Notes: a model not told the origin generated them from the letters alone. A DNA stretch of 64,000 bases from an uncultured Erysipelotrichaceae bacterium (GCA_902780395.1 CACZFH010000002.1:22335-86334); one strand, 5' to 3'. Positions 1 through 9,458 are shown, counted from the stretch's first letter. Numbers and translations are program-made.

Positions 1-869
1 ACATTTGGACAGATAAATATATCTCCATTACTTAAAATACTACCAACATATAGTCCAGTAACACAATAGAAATATGTATCTCTTAGCTCTTTTTCCAAAG
101 GAATATCTAAGAAATGGCTACATCCATATTCAACATTCATTATGTTTTCTTCTCTTTTTTCTTTAATAAAATTGAATAACCATTTGTAATCTTCTTTATC
201 TAACAAGATATCACTATTTAGCTTAGCTCTCCCAATAGGATCTACATTAATAACTCTCCAAGAGATTACTTTTAATTTTTTCATTAAATTATACAATTCA
301 TTTAATTCATGTAAATTCTTTTTATTTGCAACAGTTGTTACTTGTACGATTTTAATTGAAGGAACTTGCTGCAGTTTTTTGATATTTTCAATAATTTTAT
401 CAAAGGAACCAGGAACTTTCCTAAAACTCTCATGGGTTTCTTTTAAACCATCAAGACTAATAGAAATAGTTTCCATATTTGTTTGATTCATTTTTTCTAA
501 GATTTCATCGGTTATTAGCATTCCATTAGAAGTCATTCCCCATCTAAACCCTAGTTCATTAGCATAACTCATAATATCAAATAAATCTTTTCTAATTAGA
601 GGCTCACCTCCAGTAACATTTAATAAAATATCATGAGGATTATAATGCTGAGCTATATCAGCTAAAGCTTTCTTTAATTCTTCGGCACTAATTTCATCAG
701 TTGGTACATAATTACCACAACTACTACCACAATGTTCACATCTAGCATTACATCTAGAAGTAACTTCCAAGAATAAATCCTTTAAAATTGGTTTTTTATA
801 TAATCCTTGTCTAAATTCATATAACCGATCCATATTTTTTATCTTGATTTGTTTTATTTCTTCATTCAT
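1..869 (-). CDS. radical SAM enzyme with SPASM/twitch-like region (N-terminal ~289 aa; C-terminus runs off the left edge)
   Basis: Own translation of the minus strand from ATG (complement of 867-869): MNEEIKQIKIKNMDRLYEFRQGLYKKPILKDLFLEVTSRCNARCEHCGSS...GGEPL. CxxxCxxC cluster motif. I read no stop through to position 1. Absent from the ORF track because it is truncated. Confidence 0.75.
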   Translation of the reverse strand, partial: MNEEIKQIKIKNMDRLYEFRQGLYKKPILKDLFLEVTSRCNARCEHCGSSCGNYVPTDEISAEELKKALADIAQHYNPHDILLNVTGGEPLIRKDLFDIMSYANELGFRWGMTSNGMLITDEILEKMNQTNMETISISLDGLKETHESFRKVPGSFDKIIENIKKLQQVPSIKIVQVTTVANKKNLHELNELYNLMKKLKVISWRVINVDPIGRAKLNSDILLDKEDYKWLFNFIKEKREENIMNVEYGCSHFLDIPLEKELRDTYFYCVTGLYVGSILSNGDIFICPN

Positions 870-896
870 AACATTCTCCATTAATTCCAGAAAATA

Positions 897-1118
897 CTAA
901 GAAATCCATTCCTTAATATCTTTCAAAGCAAAACCTCTCATAGCATTTTTTTCTACATCAAAGGCATTTAAAATCCATTGTTCTTCAGGATGCCATTCAG
1001 TTGCTTTAAACACTATAGATTCTGGGATAATATTTCGATAAGATGTAACTCCTTTCCAATTAGTATACAGTATTTTTACAATTTTTTTATCTTTTTCAAT
1101 TTTCTCCAAAGAAAACAC
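897..1118 (-). CDS. small stand-alone WYL-like domain protein (73 aa)
   Basis: ORF track. The pattern ...YRNIIPESI...EEQWILNAFDVEKNAMRGFALKDI resembles the WYL-domain core (R.i.P ... WYL.a.d ... R.F.l..I). It lies 27 nt upstream of the radical SAM gene on the same strand. Confidence 0.45.
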   Translation of the reverse strand: MFSLEKIEKDKKIVKILYTNWKGVTSYRNIIPESIVFKATEWHPEEQWILNAFDVEKNAMRGFALKDIKEWIS

Positions 1119-1469
1119 TCCTTACATAATTATTACAATAAGTATACCATAAATCTAAAATATATAATAGATTATCATAAAGAAAACATAAATTCTTTAT
1201 ATAGCAACAAAAAACAGCATTTTTTATAGTGTATATTAATCAAAATGTATAATAATGTAAATCACTGAAAAATAGAAAAAATATCTAATTAAGCACCAAA
1301 ACCTTATGAAATAAAGCTAAATATTTTTTTTATAAAAAAAATGCAAAAAAAATAAATGTCTAATTTATGAAAAATAAAAAAATACTTAAAAAAAACATTT
1401 ACTTTTTTCCCATCATCAAGTAAGATTGACTTAGGTCGAAAATAAAATGAAGTTGAAGGAGAACAGATT

Positions 1470-3746
1470 ATGGATAGAGATTTTTTTAATGACATAGTAG
1501 TAGTAAAAAGAAGTGGACAAAGAGTTAGCTTCAATCCTACTAAAGTAGCAATCGCTGTAAAAAAAGGATTTGACAGTGTATATGAAGAATATGATGAAAA
1601 AAATGTTAATAAAGTAAAAGAAAAAGTATTAGATTATATTGAAAAGAACTATAAGGATAGAAAGACAATTGGCGTAGAAGACATTCAAGATATAATTGAA
1701 GAAATCTTAAAGAAAATGAAGTATGATGAAGTATATGAATCATATAAAGGATATCGTGAAAGAAGAAATGCTTCACGTGAAGCATTTGTTGAAAAACAAC
1801 AACATAAATTTGTAAAAGCGATAGAAAGTTTAGGATTAAAAAGTGCAGCTGAAGAGAATGCTAAACGTGAAAATGCCAATGTTGATGGTGATGGACCAAT
1901 GGGTACTATGCTTCACTTTGGGTCAACTGTATCAAAAGAATTTGCTAAAGCTTATTTAATGGATGCTAAGTATGCTAGAGCTCATGATGAAGGTGCTATT
2001 CATATTCATGATTTGGATTTCTGGGCTATGGGTACTACTACTTGTACCCAAATAGATTTAAATAAATTATTTAAAAATGGTTTTTCAACAGGACATGGAT
2101 ATTTGAGAACGCCAAATTCTATTGCTTCTTATTCAGCACTTGCTGCTATTGCTATTCAGTCCAATCAAAATGAGCAACATGGTGGTCAAAGTATCCCTGC
2201 TTTCGATTATTATATGGCTCCTGGAGTATTGAAAACATTTAAAAAAGAATTTAAACAAGAATTATCAGAACTAATTGACTTTGAAGGATTTAAAGAATTC
2301 ATTAATTTCGATAAAGTAATAGAAATAATTAATAAACAAGAAAGTATTGAATTTGACTTAAATATATTTGAAGAATTTACTTCTAAAAGTAAAAAAATAA
2401 AAGAGATATTTGAAGCAGCTTATCAAAATGCTATTGATAAAACTGATAGAGCAACTTTCCAAGCCATGGAAGCCTTTATTCACAATTTAAATACCATGCA
2501 TTCAAGAGCTGGAGCACAAGTACCATTCAGTTCTGTAAACTTTGGAACAGATACTTCTCCAGAGGGAAGAATGGTTATTAAGAATTATTTATTAGCAACT
2601 GATGAAGGACTAGGACATGGTGAAACTCCAATCTTCCCAATATCTATTTTTAAAGTAAAAGAAGGAGTTAATTATAATAAAGAAGATCCTAGTTATGATT
2701 TATTTAGACTTGCTTGTCGTGTTTCTGCTAAGAGACTTTTCCCTAATTTCTCATTCTTAGATGCAAGTTTTAATAAACAATTCTTAGTACCTGGAGATTA
2801 TCAAACAGAAGTAGGATATATGGGATGTAGAACAAGAGTTCTTGCTAATGTATGTGGACCATCTGTAACACCAGGAAGAGGAAATTTGAGCTTTACGTCT
2901 ATTAATCTTCCAAGAATTGGAATTAAACACGGAATTGCTTTAGGAGAAAGACAAAAAGCTGATATGAAAGGTTTCTATAAGGAACTTGATGATATGATGG
3001 ATTTAGTTAAAGGACAATTACTTCAAAGATTTGAATGTCAATGTTCTAAATCTAAAGCAAATTTCAAATTCTTACTTGGTTCTCATGTTTGGTTAAATAG
3101 TGAAAACTTAGGACCAAAGACTAAGATTCGTACTGTATTAAAACATGGAACTTTATCTATTGGATTTATTGGTCTTGCTGAAACATTAAAAGCTTTGATT
3201 GGTGAACATCATGGAGAAAGTGAAAAAGCTCAAAAATTAGGACTTGAAATTATAAAACATATGAGAGAAAAGTGTGATGAATATACTCAAGAATATAATT
3301 TAAACTTTACTTGTCTTGCTACTCCTGCTGAAGGATTAAGTGGTAGATTTGTTGGAATTGATCGTTCTATTTACGGAAAGATTAAGGGAGTTACGGATAG
3401 AGATTATTATACTAATTCATTCCATGTACCAGTTTATTATAAGACTACTGCTAAACATAAAATGGAAGTGGAAGGAAAATATCATAAATATACAAATGCT
3501 GGACATATTTCTTATGTAGAACTTGATGGAGATACTGTTAATAATGTTGATGCATTTGAATCTGTTGTACGTATCATGCATGATAGTGATGTAGGATATG
3601 GAGCTATTAACCATCCAGTTGATCGTGATCCTGTATGTGGTTATGTAGGTGTTATTAAAGACGTTTGTCCTAGATGTGGAAGACATGAAGGTGAAGGCGT
3701 TGAAATGGAAAAAGTAAATTGTTATGACTGCGAATGTGGTCGATAA
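1470..3746 (+). CDS. nrdD: anaerobic ribonucleoside-triphosphate reductase large subunit (class III RNR), ending after the Zn-ribbon and lacking the glycyl-radical tail
   Basis: N-terminal ATP-cone-like segment (VVKRSGQRVSFNPTKV). Long NrdD-like body. C-terminal CPRCG...CYDCECG zinc ribbon, then a stop. RBS gaaggag upstream. Confidence 0.9.
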   Translation: MDRDFFNDIVVVKRSGQRVSFNPTKVAIAVKKGFDSVYEEYDEKNVNKVKEKVLDYIEKNYKDRKTIGVEDIQDIIEEILKKMKYDEVYESYKGYRERRNASREAFVEKQQHKFVKAIESLGLKSAAEENAKRENANVDGDGPMGTMLHFGSTVSKEFAKAYLMDAKYARAHDEGAIHIHDLDFWAMGTTTCTQIDLNKLFKNGFSTGHGYLRTPNSIASYSALAAIAIQSNQNEQHGGQSIPAFDYYMAPGVLKTFKKEFKQELSELIDFEGFKEFINFDKVIEIINKQESIEFDLNIFEEFTSKSKKIKEIFEAAYQNAIDKTDRATFQAMEAFIHNLNTMHSRAGAQVPFSSVNFGTDTSPEGRMVIKNYLLATDEGLGHGETPIFPISIFKVKEGVNYNKEDPSYDLFRLACRVSAKRLFPNFSFLDASFNKQFLVPGDYQTEVGYMGCRTRVLANVCGPSVTPGRGNLSFTSINLPRIGIKHGIALGERQKADMKGFYKELDDMMDLVKGQLLQRFECQCSKSKANFKFLLGSHVWLNSENLGPKTKIRTVLKHGTLSIGFIGLAETLKALIGEHHGESEKAQKLGLEIIKHMREKCDEYTQEYNLNFTCLATPAEGLSGRFVGIDRSIYGKIKGVTDRDYYTNSFHVPVYYKTTAKHKMEVEGKYHKYTNAGHISYVELDGDTVNNVDAFESVVRIMHDSDVGYGAINHPVDRDPVCGYVGVIKDVCPRCGRHEGEGVEMEKVNCYDCECGR

Positions 3747-3772
3747 AAATAAAAGAAAGAAGGAGAATTAAA

Positions 3773-3928
3773 ATGGAAGAAAATAAAAAAAGAACAAAAG
3801 TTGTTGGTGAAGGAGTAGGATTTGATAGAATTCGTAGAATTACTGGATATCTTGTAGGAACACTTGATAGATTTAACAATGCTAAAAAAGCAGAAGTTAG
3901 TGATCGTGTAACTCATGAAGCAAAGTAA
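3773..3928 (+). CDS. stand-alone glycyl-radical domain of class III RNR (51 aa)
   Basis: MEENKKRTKVVGEGVGFDRIRRITGYLVGTLDRFNNAKKAEVSDRVTHEAK carries the NrdD C-terminal RxxGY glycyl-radical motif (Gly codon 3845-3847). It has its own RBS aaggag (3760-3765), 7 nt before the ATG, and is in a different frame from nrdD. Confidence 0.75.
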   Translation: MEENKKRTKVVGEGVGFDRIRRITGYLVGTLDRFNNAKKAEVSDRVTHEAK

Positions 3929-4484
3929 TGAAACAATTCGTTTAGCCGCTGATTTACAAAGCGATAGTATTGTTGATGGCCCAGGACTTCGTACTGTTAT
4001 TTGGACTCAAGGCTGTGGTCATCATTGCTTTGGATGTCAAAACCCTCAGACATGGGATTTTAATGGCGGAGGAGAAGTTCCTATTGAGATGGTTTTAGAA
4101 GCTATAGATGAATTAGAGTATCAGACTGGAATTACTTTCAGTGGAGGAGATCCAATGTATCAACCTGAAGCTTGTAATGAAATTGCAGATTATTGCAAGA
4201 AAAAAGGATATAATATTTGGTGCTATACAGGTTTTACTTTTGAAGAAATAATGAAACTAAGCAAAAAAAAACCAATTTATCTAGACTTTCTTTCTAATAT
4301 AGATGTCTTAGTAGATGGCAGATTTGTCCAAGAAGAATTGGATTTATCAATCTTATTCAGAGGATCTAGAAACCAACGTCTAATTGATGTACAAAAGACG
4401 TTAAAAGAAGGAAAAATTGTTTTATTTGATGAACATACTTATAATGAAATTGAATCCTTCCACAGAAAACCAATATATGTCTAA
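3915..4484 (+). CDS. nrdG: anaerobic ribonucleotide reductase activating protein (radical SAM)
   Basis: IVDGPGLRTVIWTQGCGHHCFGCQNP contains the CxxxCxxC motif typical of NrdG. Located directly downstream of nrdD. Confidence 0.9.
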   Translation: MKQSNETIRLAADLQSDSIVDGPGLRTVIWTQGCGHHCFGCQNPQTWDFNGGGEVPIEMVLEAIDELEYQTGITFSGGDPMYQPEACNEIADYCKKKGYNIWCYTGFTFEEIMKLSKKKPIYLDFLSNIDVLVDGRFVQEELDLSILFRGSRNQRLIDVQKTLKEGKIVLFDEHTYNEIESFHRKPIYV

Positions 4485-4485
4485 G

Positions 4486-4506
4486 AGAGAGCGAAAGCTC
4501 TTTTTT
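4486..4506 (+). terminator. intrinsic terminator after nrdG
   Basis: Stem agagc / loop gaaa / stem gctct, followed by a T6 run. Confidence 0.6.
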
Positions 4507-4570
4507 GATGAAAAAACTTGAATAAAAAAGAATTATTAACTATAATAAAAATAGAATAAGGAGGGACATA

Positions 4571-5365
4571 ATGGATAACAAGAAACCTTTCATTATTACA
4601 ATAATTATTATGTCTGTAATAATTATTGGTCTAGGAGCATACGTAGTAATAGATAGATTAAAAGAAAAAGAAGAACAAGAAAAGAAAACATCTATTATTA
4701 ATGAAACAGTTATTGATTTAAATGCCTTTTTTCAAGTATCTGATACTTTGCGTAGATTTGATGATGCCTTCAATACTTATAATTCCAATTATTTGGGATA
4801 CATCTATAATAGTAAAAGAATATATGCATCAAAATTTGATGGGGGAGCAGCTGTTTATGCATCTATGATTTCAGATTTACTAGATAATGGTATTGTATTA
4901 TATATTCCAGAGGAAAAGATAAAAGGAAATTTTGAAAAGATATTTGGAAAAAATTTAGAATTTAAACTTACCGATATAGACTTAAAAAAATCAGAAATAT
5001 ATTTATTTAACTATGAAGCAGAAGCTAATAGAATGGCTTATAAAGTTGCTACGAAAACAGATATCTATAATCCTGGATATATTGCTATGAATATCAAAAC
5101 AATTCTAGAGGATGATACCATAAAAATCACTAGAAAAGTATTCTATGGAGAATATACCGGAGAAAATGGAGTAATGACTAAAATTGTTATGTATAAAGAT
5201 GCTACTAAACAAAAGAAAATAGGGGAATTAAAATTAAAGAATGGAGCTATTAACCAAGCAGAAATTATAGCAAAATATGGTTCTAAGATAAATACCTATA
5301 TTTATACATTTAAGTATAATAAAGATGATGACTATAGCTTTTATTTAATAGAGAAAGGAAAGTAA
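4571..5365 (+). CDS. membrane-anchored hypothetical protein
   Basis: ORF track. N-terminal hydrophobic helix (FIITIIIMSVIIIGLGAYVVI). RBS aaggaggg upstream. Confidence 0.6.
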   Translation: MDNKKPFIITIIIMSVIIIGLGAYVVIDRLKEKEEQEKKTSIINETVIDLNAFFQVSDTLRRFDDAFNTYNSNYLGYIYNSKRIYASKFDGGAAVYASMISDLLDNGIVLYIPEEKIKGNFEKIFGKNLEFKLTDIDLKKSEIYLFNYEAEANRMAYKVATKTDIYNPGYIAMNIKTILEDDTIKITRKVFYGEYTGENGVMTKIVMYKDATKQKKIGELKLKNGAINQAEIIAKYGSKINTYIYTFKYNKDDDYSFYLIEKGK

Positions 5366-5469
5366 CCTTTCTTTTTTTTGTAAAGAATTGTACAAAAAAA
5401 GAAATATCAATAATAATTAATTGTAAATATGTGTCTTTTTTTTATAATAAGAATTGATAATATGATATA

Positions 5470-6216
5470 ATGACAATGGGTGATTGTATGAAATTAAATA
5501 TTCAAGATATAGAAATCAATTATCTACAATATGGTACAGGAAAAGATATACTATTATTACATGGCTGGGGTCAAAATATTGCAATGATGAAGCCTTTAGG
5601 AGATAATCTATGTAATAATTTTAGAGTTACCATAATTGATTTTCCAGGTTTTGGTGAAAGTATGGAGCCAAAAGAACCTTGGACAATTGATGATTACTCC
5701 AATATTTTAGAAAAAATTGTTGCTGAATTAAAAATTAAAAAGCCAATTGTAATTGGACATTCTTTTGGTGGAAGAGTTGCTATTCGCTATTCAGCCCGAA
5801 ATCCAATAGAAAAATTGGTATTATTTGGTAGCCCGTGTATCAGAATCCAGGAAGAATTACCATTATCAGTAAAAATATTAAAATCACTGAAAAAATTACC
5901 TGGGTTAAATGAATTTGGTGAATTCATGAAAAACTATATAGGATCAAGAGACTATAAAGCAGCTAGTCCTATTATGCGTCAAACACTAGTAGAAGTGGTA
6001 AATGAAGATTTATCTAACTATGCAAGAGAAATAGAAGAACCAACACTTTTAATATGGGGAGAGCAAGACACAGAAGCTCCAGTAAATGAAGCCAAAGAAT
6101 TAGAAAAAATTATGATAGATGCCGCCTTAATAATTTTACCTGGAACTCATTATGCCTATTTAGAGAATCTACCAAGAGTTACCTTAATATTAAAAGAATT
6201 CTTACAAGGACAATAA
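5470..6216 (+). CDS. alpha/beta-fold hydrolase
   Basis: HGWG oxyanion region and GHSFGG nucleophile elbow (GxSxG). Start uncertain (alternative ATG at 5488). Confidence 0.75.
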   Translation: MTMGDCMKLNIQDIEINYLQYGTGKDILLLHGWGQNIAMMKPLGDNLCNNFRVTIIDFPGFGESMEPKEPWTIDDYSNILEKIVAELKIKKPIVIGHSFGGRVAIRYSARNPIEKLVLFGSPCIRIQEELPLSVKILKSLKKLPGLNEFGEFMKNYIGSRDYKAASPIMRQTLVEVVNEDLSNYAREIEEPTLLIWGEQDTEAPVNEAKELEKIMIDAALIILPGTHYAYLENLPRVTLILKEFLQGQ

Positions 6217-6235
6217 AAGGAAAGAAGGAAAAAAT

Positions 6236-7852
6236 ATGATAATACTATACATGTTAATAGTAATGGCATATTGTTATGCTGTTATTAAAAAATCAAAAAA
6301 TTCATTACATATGCTTCAACAAAATTTATATAATGAAAACAATAGATATTTAAAATGGGTAAGAAAAAATTTAAAGTTATTTTTAGATATTGATTTGATA
6401 GCAATTGCCATATCTCTAATAGGAGTATTTGTAGTATTTGATATCAAGATGATGACAATACTTTGTTTACTAATAATAATTGGAATATTTATGGGAGTAG
6501 GTTATTCTTGGGATAATAGAGTTAAAAATAGTCAAAATAAGAAAAAACTGGTAGTAACCGCCAGAATCAAAAGATTGATAACAACTTTAACCATTATACA
6601 TATGATACCTGCAATATGGCTAGGTTTCCATTTAAATGATCCATATCTTTGTTGGATTGCTATAACCATTTTTGCAATTATTATTTATTTGAACTTCTAT
6701 GTAGTTTTTGTAGGTTTAATTATTAATATGCCAGTAGAGAAATGTGTATATTATTACTACAAAAGTAAAGCTCAAAAAAAATTAAAACAAATGAGTAATT
6801 TAAAAATAATTGGTATTACTGGTAGCTATGGAAAAACAAGTAGTAAGAATATATTAAGTGAAATCTTAAATTGTAAATATAATGCTTTACCAACTCCAAG
6901 AAATTTAAATACCTATAATGGATTGATTATGACTGTAAATAATAATTTAGACAAATTTACAGATATCTTTATTGCTGAAATGGGTGCTTATGTCAAAGGA
7001 GAAATAAAAGGGTTAAGTAAATTAGTAAAACCTCAATATGGAATCTTAACTACAATTGGAACTGCTCATCTAGAAACTTTTGGTAGTGAGCAAAATATTA
7101 TTGATGGAAAATTTGAACTTATAGAATCTCTACCTAGAGATGGTTTTGCTATTTTAAACGGAGATGATCCAAAACAAGTAAATTATCATTTGAAAAATCC
7201 AGTAAGAGTAGTATGGATTGGAATAAAAAATGAAGATGCTGATGTCAGAGCAACAAATATAAAATGCTCTAACAAAGGAACTTCCTTTGATGTAATATTT
7301 AAAGGAGATCCAAAAAAGTATTCTTTTGAAACTAGATTATTAGGAAATCACAATGTCTATAATATTTTAAGTGGTATTGCTTGTGGAAGAGAATTTGGAA
7401 TAGAAATAGATGATTTAATCCAAGCTGTAAAAAATGTTCATCCTGTAGAACATAGATTGGAATTAAAGAAAATTAATGATTTTTATATGATTGATGATGC
7501 CTACAATTCTAATCCTGTAGGGGCTAAGAATGCAGTACAAGTATTAGGAATGATGCCAGGATTAAAGGTAGTTGTAACCCCTGGAATGATAGAATTAGGT
7601 AAAAAAGAAGATGAATATAACAGAATATTTGGAGAACAAATTGCAGAAGTTGCTGACTATGTTGTATTAATTGGAGAACAAAAAACCAAACCAATAAAAG
7701 AAGGATTATTAACAAAAGGTTTCGATAAAGATAAAATTGTAGTATATAATGATGTTAGAGATGCATATCCTTTTATAGGAACCCTAAAAAAAGACAAAGA
7801 AGTATTTGCTTTGTTTGAAAATGATTTGCCAGATACTTATAATGAAAAATAG
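6236..7852 (+). CDS. murF: Mur-ligase family enzyme, MurF-like (UDP-MurNAc-tripeptide--D-Ala-D-Ala ligase), with an N-terminal polytopic membrane extension
   Basis: GITGSYGKTSSK P-loop, and DDAYNSNP in the C-terminal domain. Immediately upstream of ddl. The first ~190 aa contain several hydrophobic helices. Confidence 0.75.
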   Translation: MIILYMLIVMAYCYAVIKKSKNSLHMLQQNLYNENNRYLKWVRKNLKLFLDIDLIAIAISLIGVFVVFDIKMMTILCLLIIIGIFMGVGYSWDNRVKNSQNKKKLVVTARIKRLITTLTIIHMIPAIWLGFHLNDPYLCWIAITIFAIIIYLNFYVVFVGLIINMPVEKCVYYYYKSKAQKKLKQMSNLKIIGITGSYGKTSSKNILSEILNCKYNALPTPRNLNTYNGLIMTVNNNLDKFTDIFIAEMGAYVKGEIKGLSKLVKPQYGILTTIGTAHLETFGSEQNIIDGKFELIESLPRDGFAILNGDDPKQVNYHLKNPVRVVWIGIKNEDADVRATNIKCSNKGTSFDVIFKGDPKKYSFETRLLGNHNVYNILSGIACGREFGIEIDDLIQAVKNVHPVEHRLELKKINDFYMIDDAYNSNPVGAKNAVQVLGMMPGLKVVVTPGMIELGKKEDEYNRIFGEQIAEVADYVVLIGEQKTKPIKEGLLTKGFDKDKIVVYNDVRDAYPFIGTLKKDKEVFALFENDLPDTYNEK

Positions 7853-7864
7853 GAGAGTGATTTT

Positions 7865-9094
7865 ATGAAAATTAAAGTAGGTGTAATTTTTGGAGGAGAA
7901 TCTGTAGAACATGAAGTAAGTATTATTTCAGCTATTCAAGCAATGAATAAAATTGATGAGGAAAAATATGAAGTAATACCTATTTATATAACAAAAGATA
8001 GAGAATGGTATACTGGAGATATGTTAAAAGATATTGAAGTATATCAAGATTTAAACTTAATTAAAAAATATAGTGATAATGTAATCCTATATTATAAGAA
8101 TGGTAGTTATGTATTACAAAAGAAAAACGGTTTAATGAAAAGAATAGTAAAAGAAATAGATATTGCTTTTCCAGTTGTGCATGGAACTAATGTAGAAGAT
8201 GGAGTCCTACAAGGATATTTACAAACAATCGGAATTCCATTTGTAGGTTCAAATGTTTATGCTTCTGTTGCTGGTCAAGATAAAACAATAATGAAAGATA
8301 TCTGGTTAGAAAAAAAATTACCAATGACCAAATATGTATGGTTTTATGATGCAGAATATCGTGAAGAACAAGAAGAAGTATTGAAAAAGATTAATACTTT
8401 GAAATATCCATTAATAGTTAAACCTGCTACTACAGGTTCTAGTGTTGGAATTAGTGTTTGTGAAGATGAAAAAAAATTATTAGAAGGAATTGATGAAGCA
8501 ATTCAATATGATAGTAAGATAATTGTTGAAGAAGTAGTACAAAACTTAAAAGAAGTAAATATTGCTGTAATGGGTAATTATGAGAATCAAAAAGTAAGTG
8601 AAATAGAAGAAGTACTTTCAGATAACAAATTCTTAACATATCAAGATAAATATATTGGTAATGGTAAAGGAAAACTAAAAGGCGCAAAACCATGTGCTAC
8701 TAAAACTAGTAGCAAAGGGATGGCTTCTACTAATAGAAAACTACCAGCTGATTTAGATAAAAAAATGAGAGATGAAATAGAAGAGATAGCTAAGGAAGCT
8801 TTTAAAGCCTTAGGTTCATCTGGAAACTCTCGTATTGATTTCTTGATTGATGAAAAAGAAAAGAAAGTATATATCAATGAAATAAATTCCATTCCTGGAA
8901 GTTTAGCTTTCTATTTATGGGATGCTAAAGATATTAACTTTACTCAAGTATTAGATGATATGATTAATATTGGAATTAAAGACTATAAGAAAAGGATGAG
9001 TAAAACCCATTCATTTAAAACGAATATTCTTCAAGGCTTCGCAGCAAATGGTGGAGTAAAAGGGATGAAAGGTTCAAAAGGAAAACTACAATAA
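7865..9094 (+). CDS. ddl: D-alanine--D-alanine ligase
   Basis: KIKVGVIFGGESVEHEVSIISA N-terminus, ATP-grasp core (PLIVKPATTGSSVGISV), and EINSIPG C-terminal motif. Confidence 0.9.
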   Translation: MKIKVGVIFGGESVEHEVSIISAIQAMNKIDEEKYEVIPIYITKDREWYTGDMLKDIEVYQDLNLIKKYSDNVILYYKNGSYVLQKKNGLMKRIVKEIDIAFPVVHGTNVEDGVLQGYLQTIGIPFVGSNVYASVAGQDKTIMKDIWLEKKLPMTKYVWFYDAEYREEQEEVLKKINTLKYPLIVKPATTGSSVGISVCEDEKKLLEGIDEAIQYDSKIIVEEVVQNLKEVNIAVMGNYENQKVSEIEEVLSDNKFLTYQDKYIGNGKGKLKGAKPCATKTSSKGMASTNRKLPADLDKKMRDEIEEIAKEAFKALGSSGNSRIDFLIDEKEKKVYINEINSIPGSLAFYLWDAKDINFTQVLDDMINIGIKDYKKRMSKTHSFKTNILQGFAANGGVKGMKGSKGKLQ

Positions 9095-9105
9095 AAAATA
9101 TGAAA

Positions 9106-9137
9106 TAAAAAAAGCGACTTTTAAAAGTCGCTTTATT
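9106..9137. terminator. bidirectional terminator between ddl and tRNA-Lys
   Basis: Palindrome aagcgactttt/aaaagtcgctt, flanked by an A-run on the left and T-rich sequence on the right. It sits between convergent genes. Confidence 0.65.
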
Positions 9138-9149
9138 GTGTAAAAAAAA

Positions 9150-9225
9150 TGGTGGGCTGTTAGGGATTCGAACCCTAGACCCACTGATTAAGAGTCAGTT
9201 GCTCTACCAACTGAGCTAACAGCCC
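9150..9225 (-). tRNA. tRNA-Lys (anticodon CUU)
   Basis: Reverse complement folds as GGGCTGT..GCTCAGTTGGTAGAGC..ACTGA-CTCTTAA-TCAGT..TAGGGTTCGAATCCCTA-ACAGCCC-A-CCA. Confidence 0.9.
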
Positions 9226-9458
9226 ATTTTCAAGTCGCAAATTAATTTTAACTTAAAATTCCTTTATTTACAAGACTTTTTTGTAAAAAAATAGGATAAA
9301 ATGGTAGAAAAAATGCATTTTTCCTAAAAATTCCTTGACTTAACGCGTTTTTTTATAGTATTCTATTATTGCAATTAAGAAGAAAACGAAAGAAAAAGCC
9401 AATTTCTAGTTGCAATTATAAAGGTTTTATAGTACAATTAAGAAGTACAAATTGCGAT

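Noticed and set aside
1230-1469. Searched the AT-rich nrdD upstream region for NrdR boxes or an obvious promoter.
   Set aside because: I found no convincing palindromic NrdR-box pair or properly spaced -35/-10. The region is simply very A/T-rich, so no feature is reported.
3734-3772. ATG at 3734 as the start of the glycyl-radical ORF (64-aa version in the ORF track).
   Set aside because: It overlaps the nrdD 3' end and has no RBS. The ATG at 3773 has a consensus aaggag at 7-nt spacing, so the 51-aa version is preferred.
9230-9458. Repeated ttgcaattaagaag / gtacaattaagaag motifs between the divergent tRNA genes; considered as a regulatory repeat or small RNA.
   Set aside because: These are short, imperfect AT-rich similarities in a promoter region. 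They do not stand out from background in this genome.
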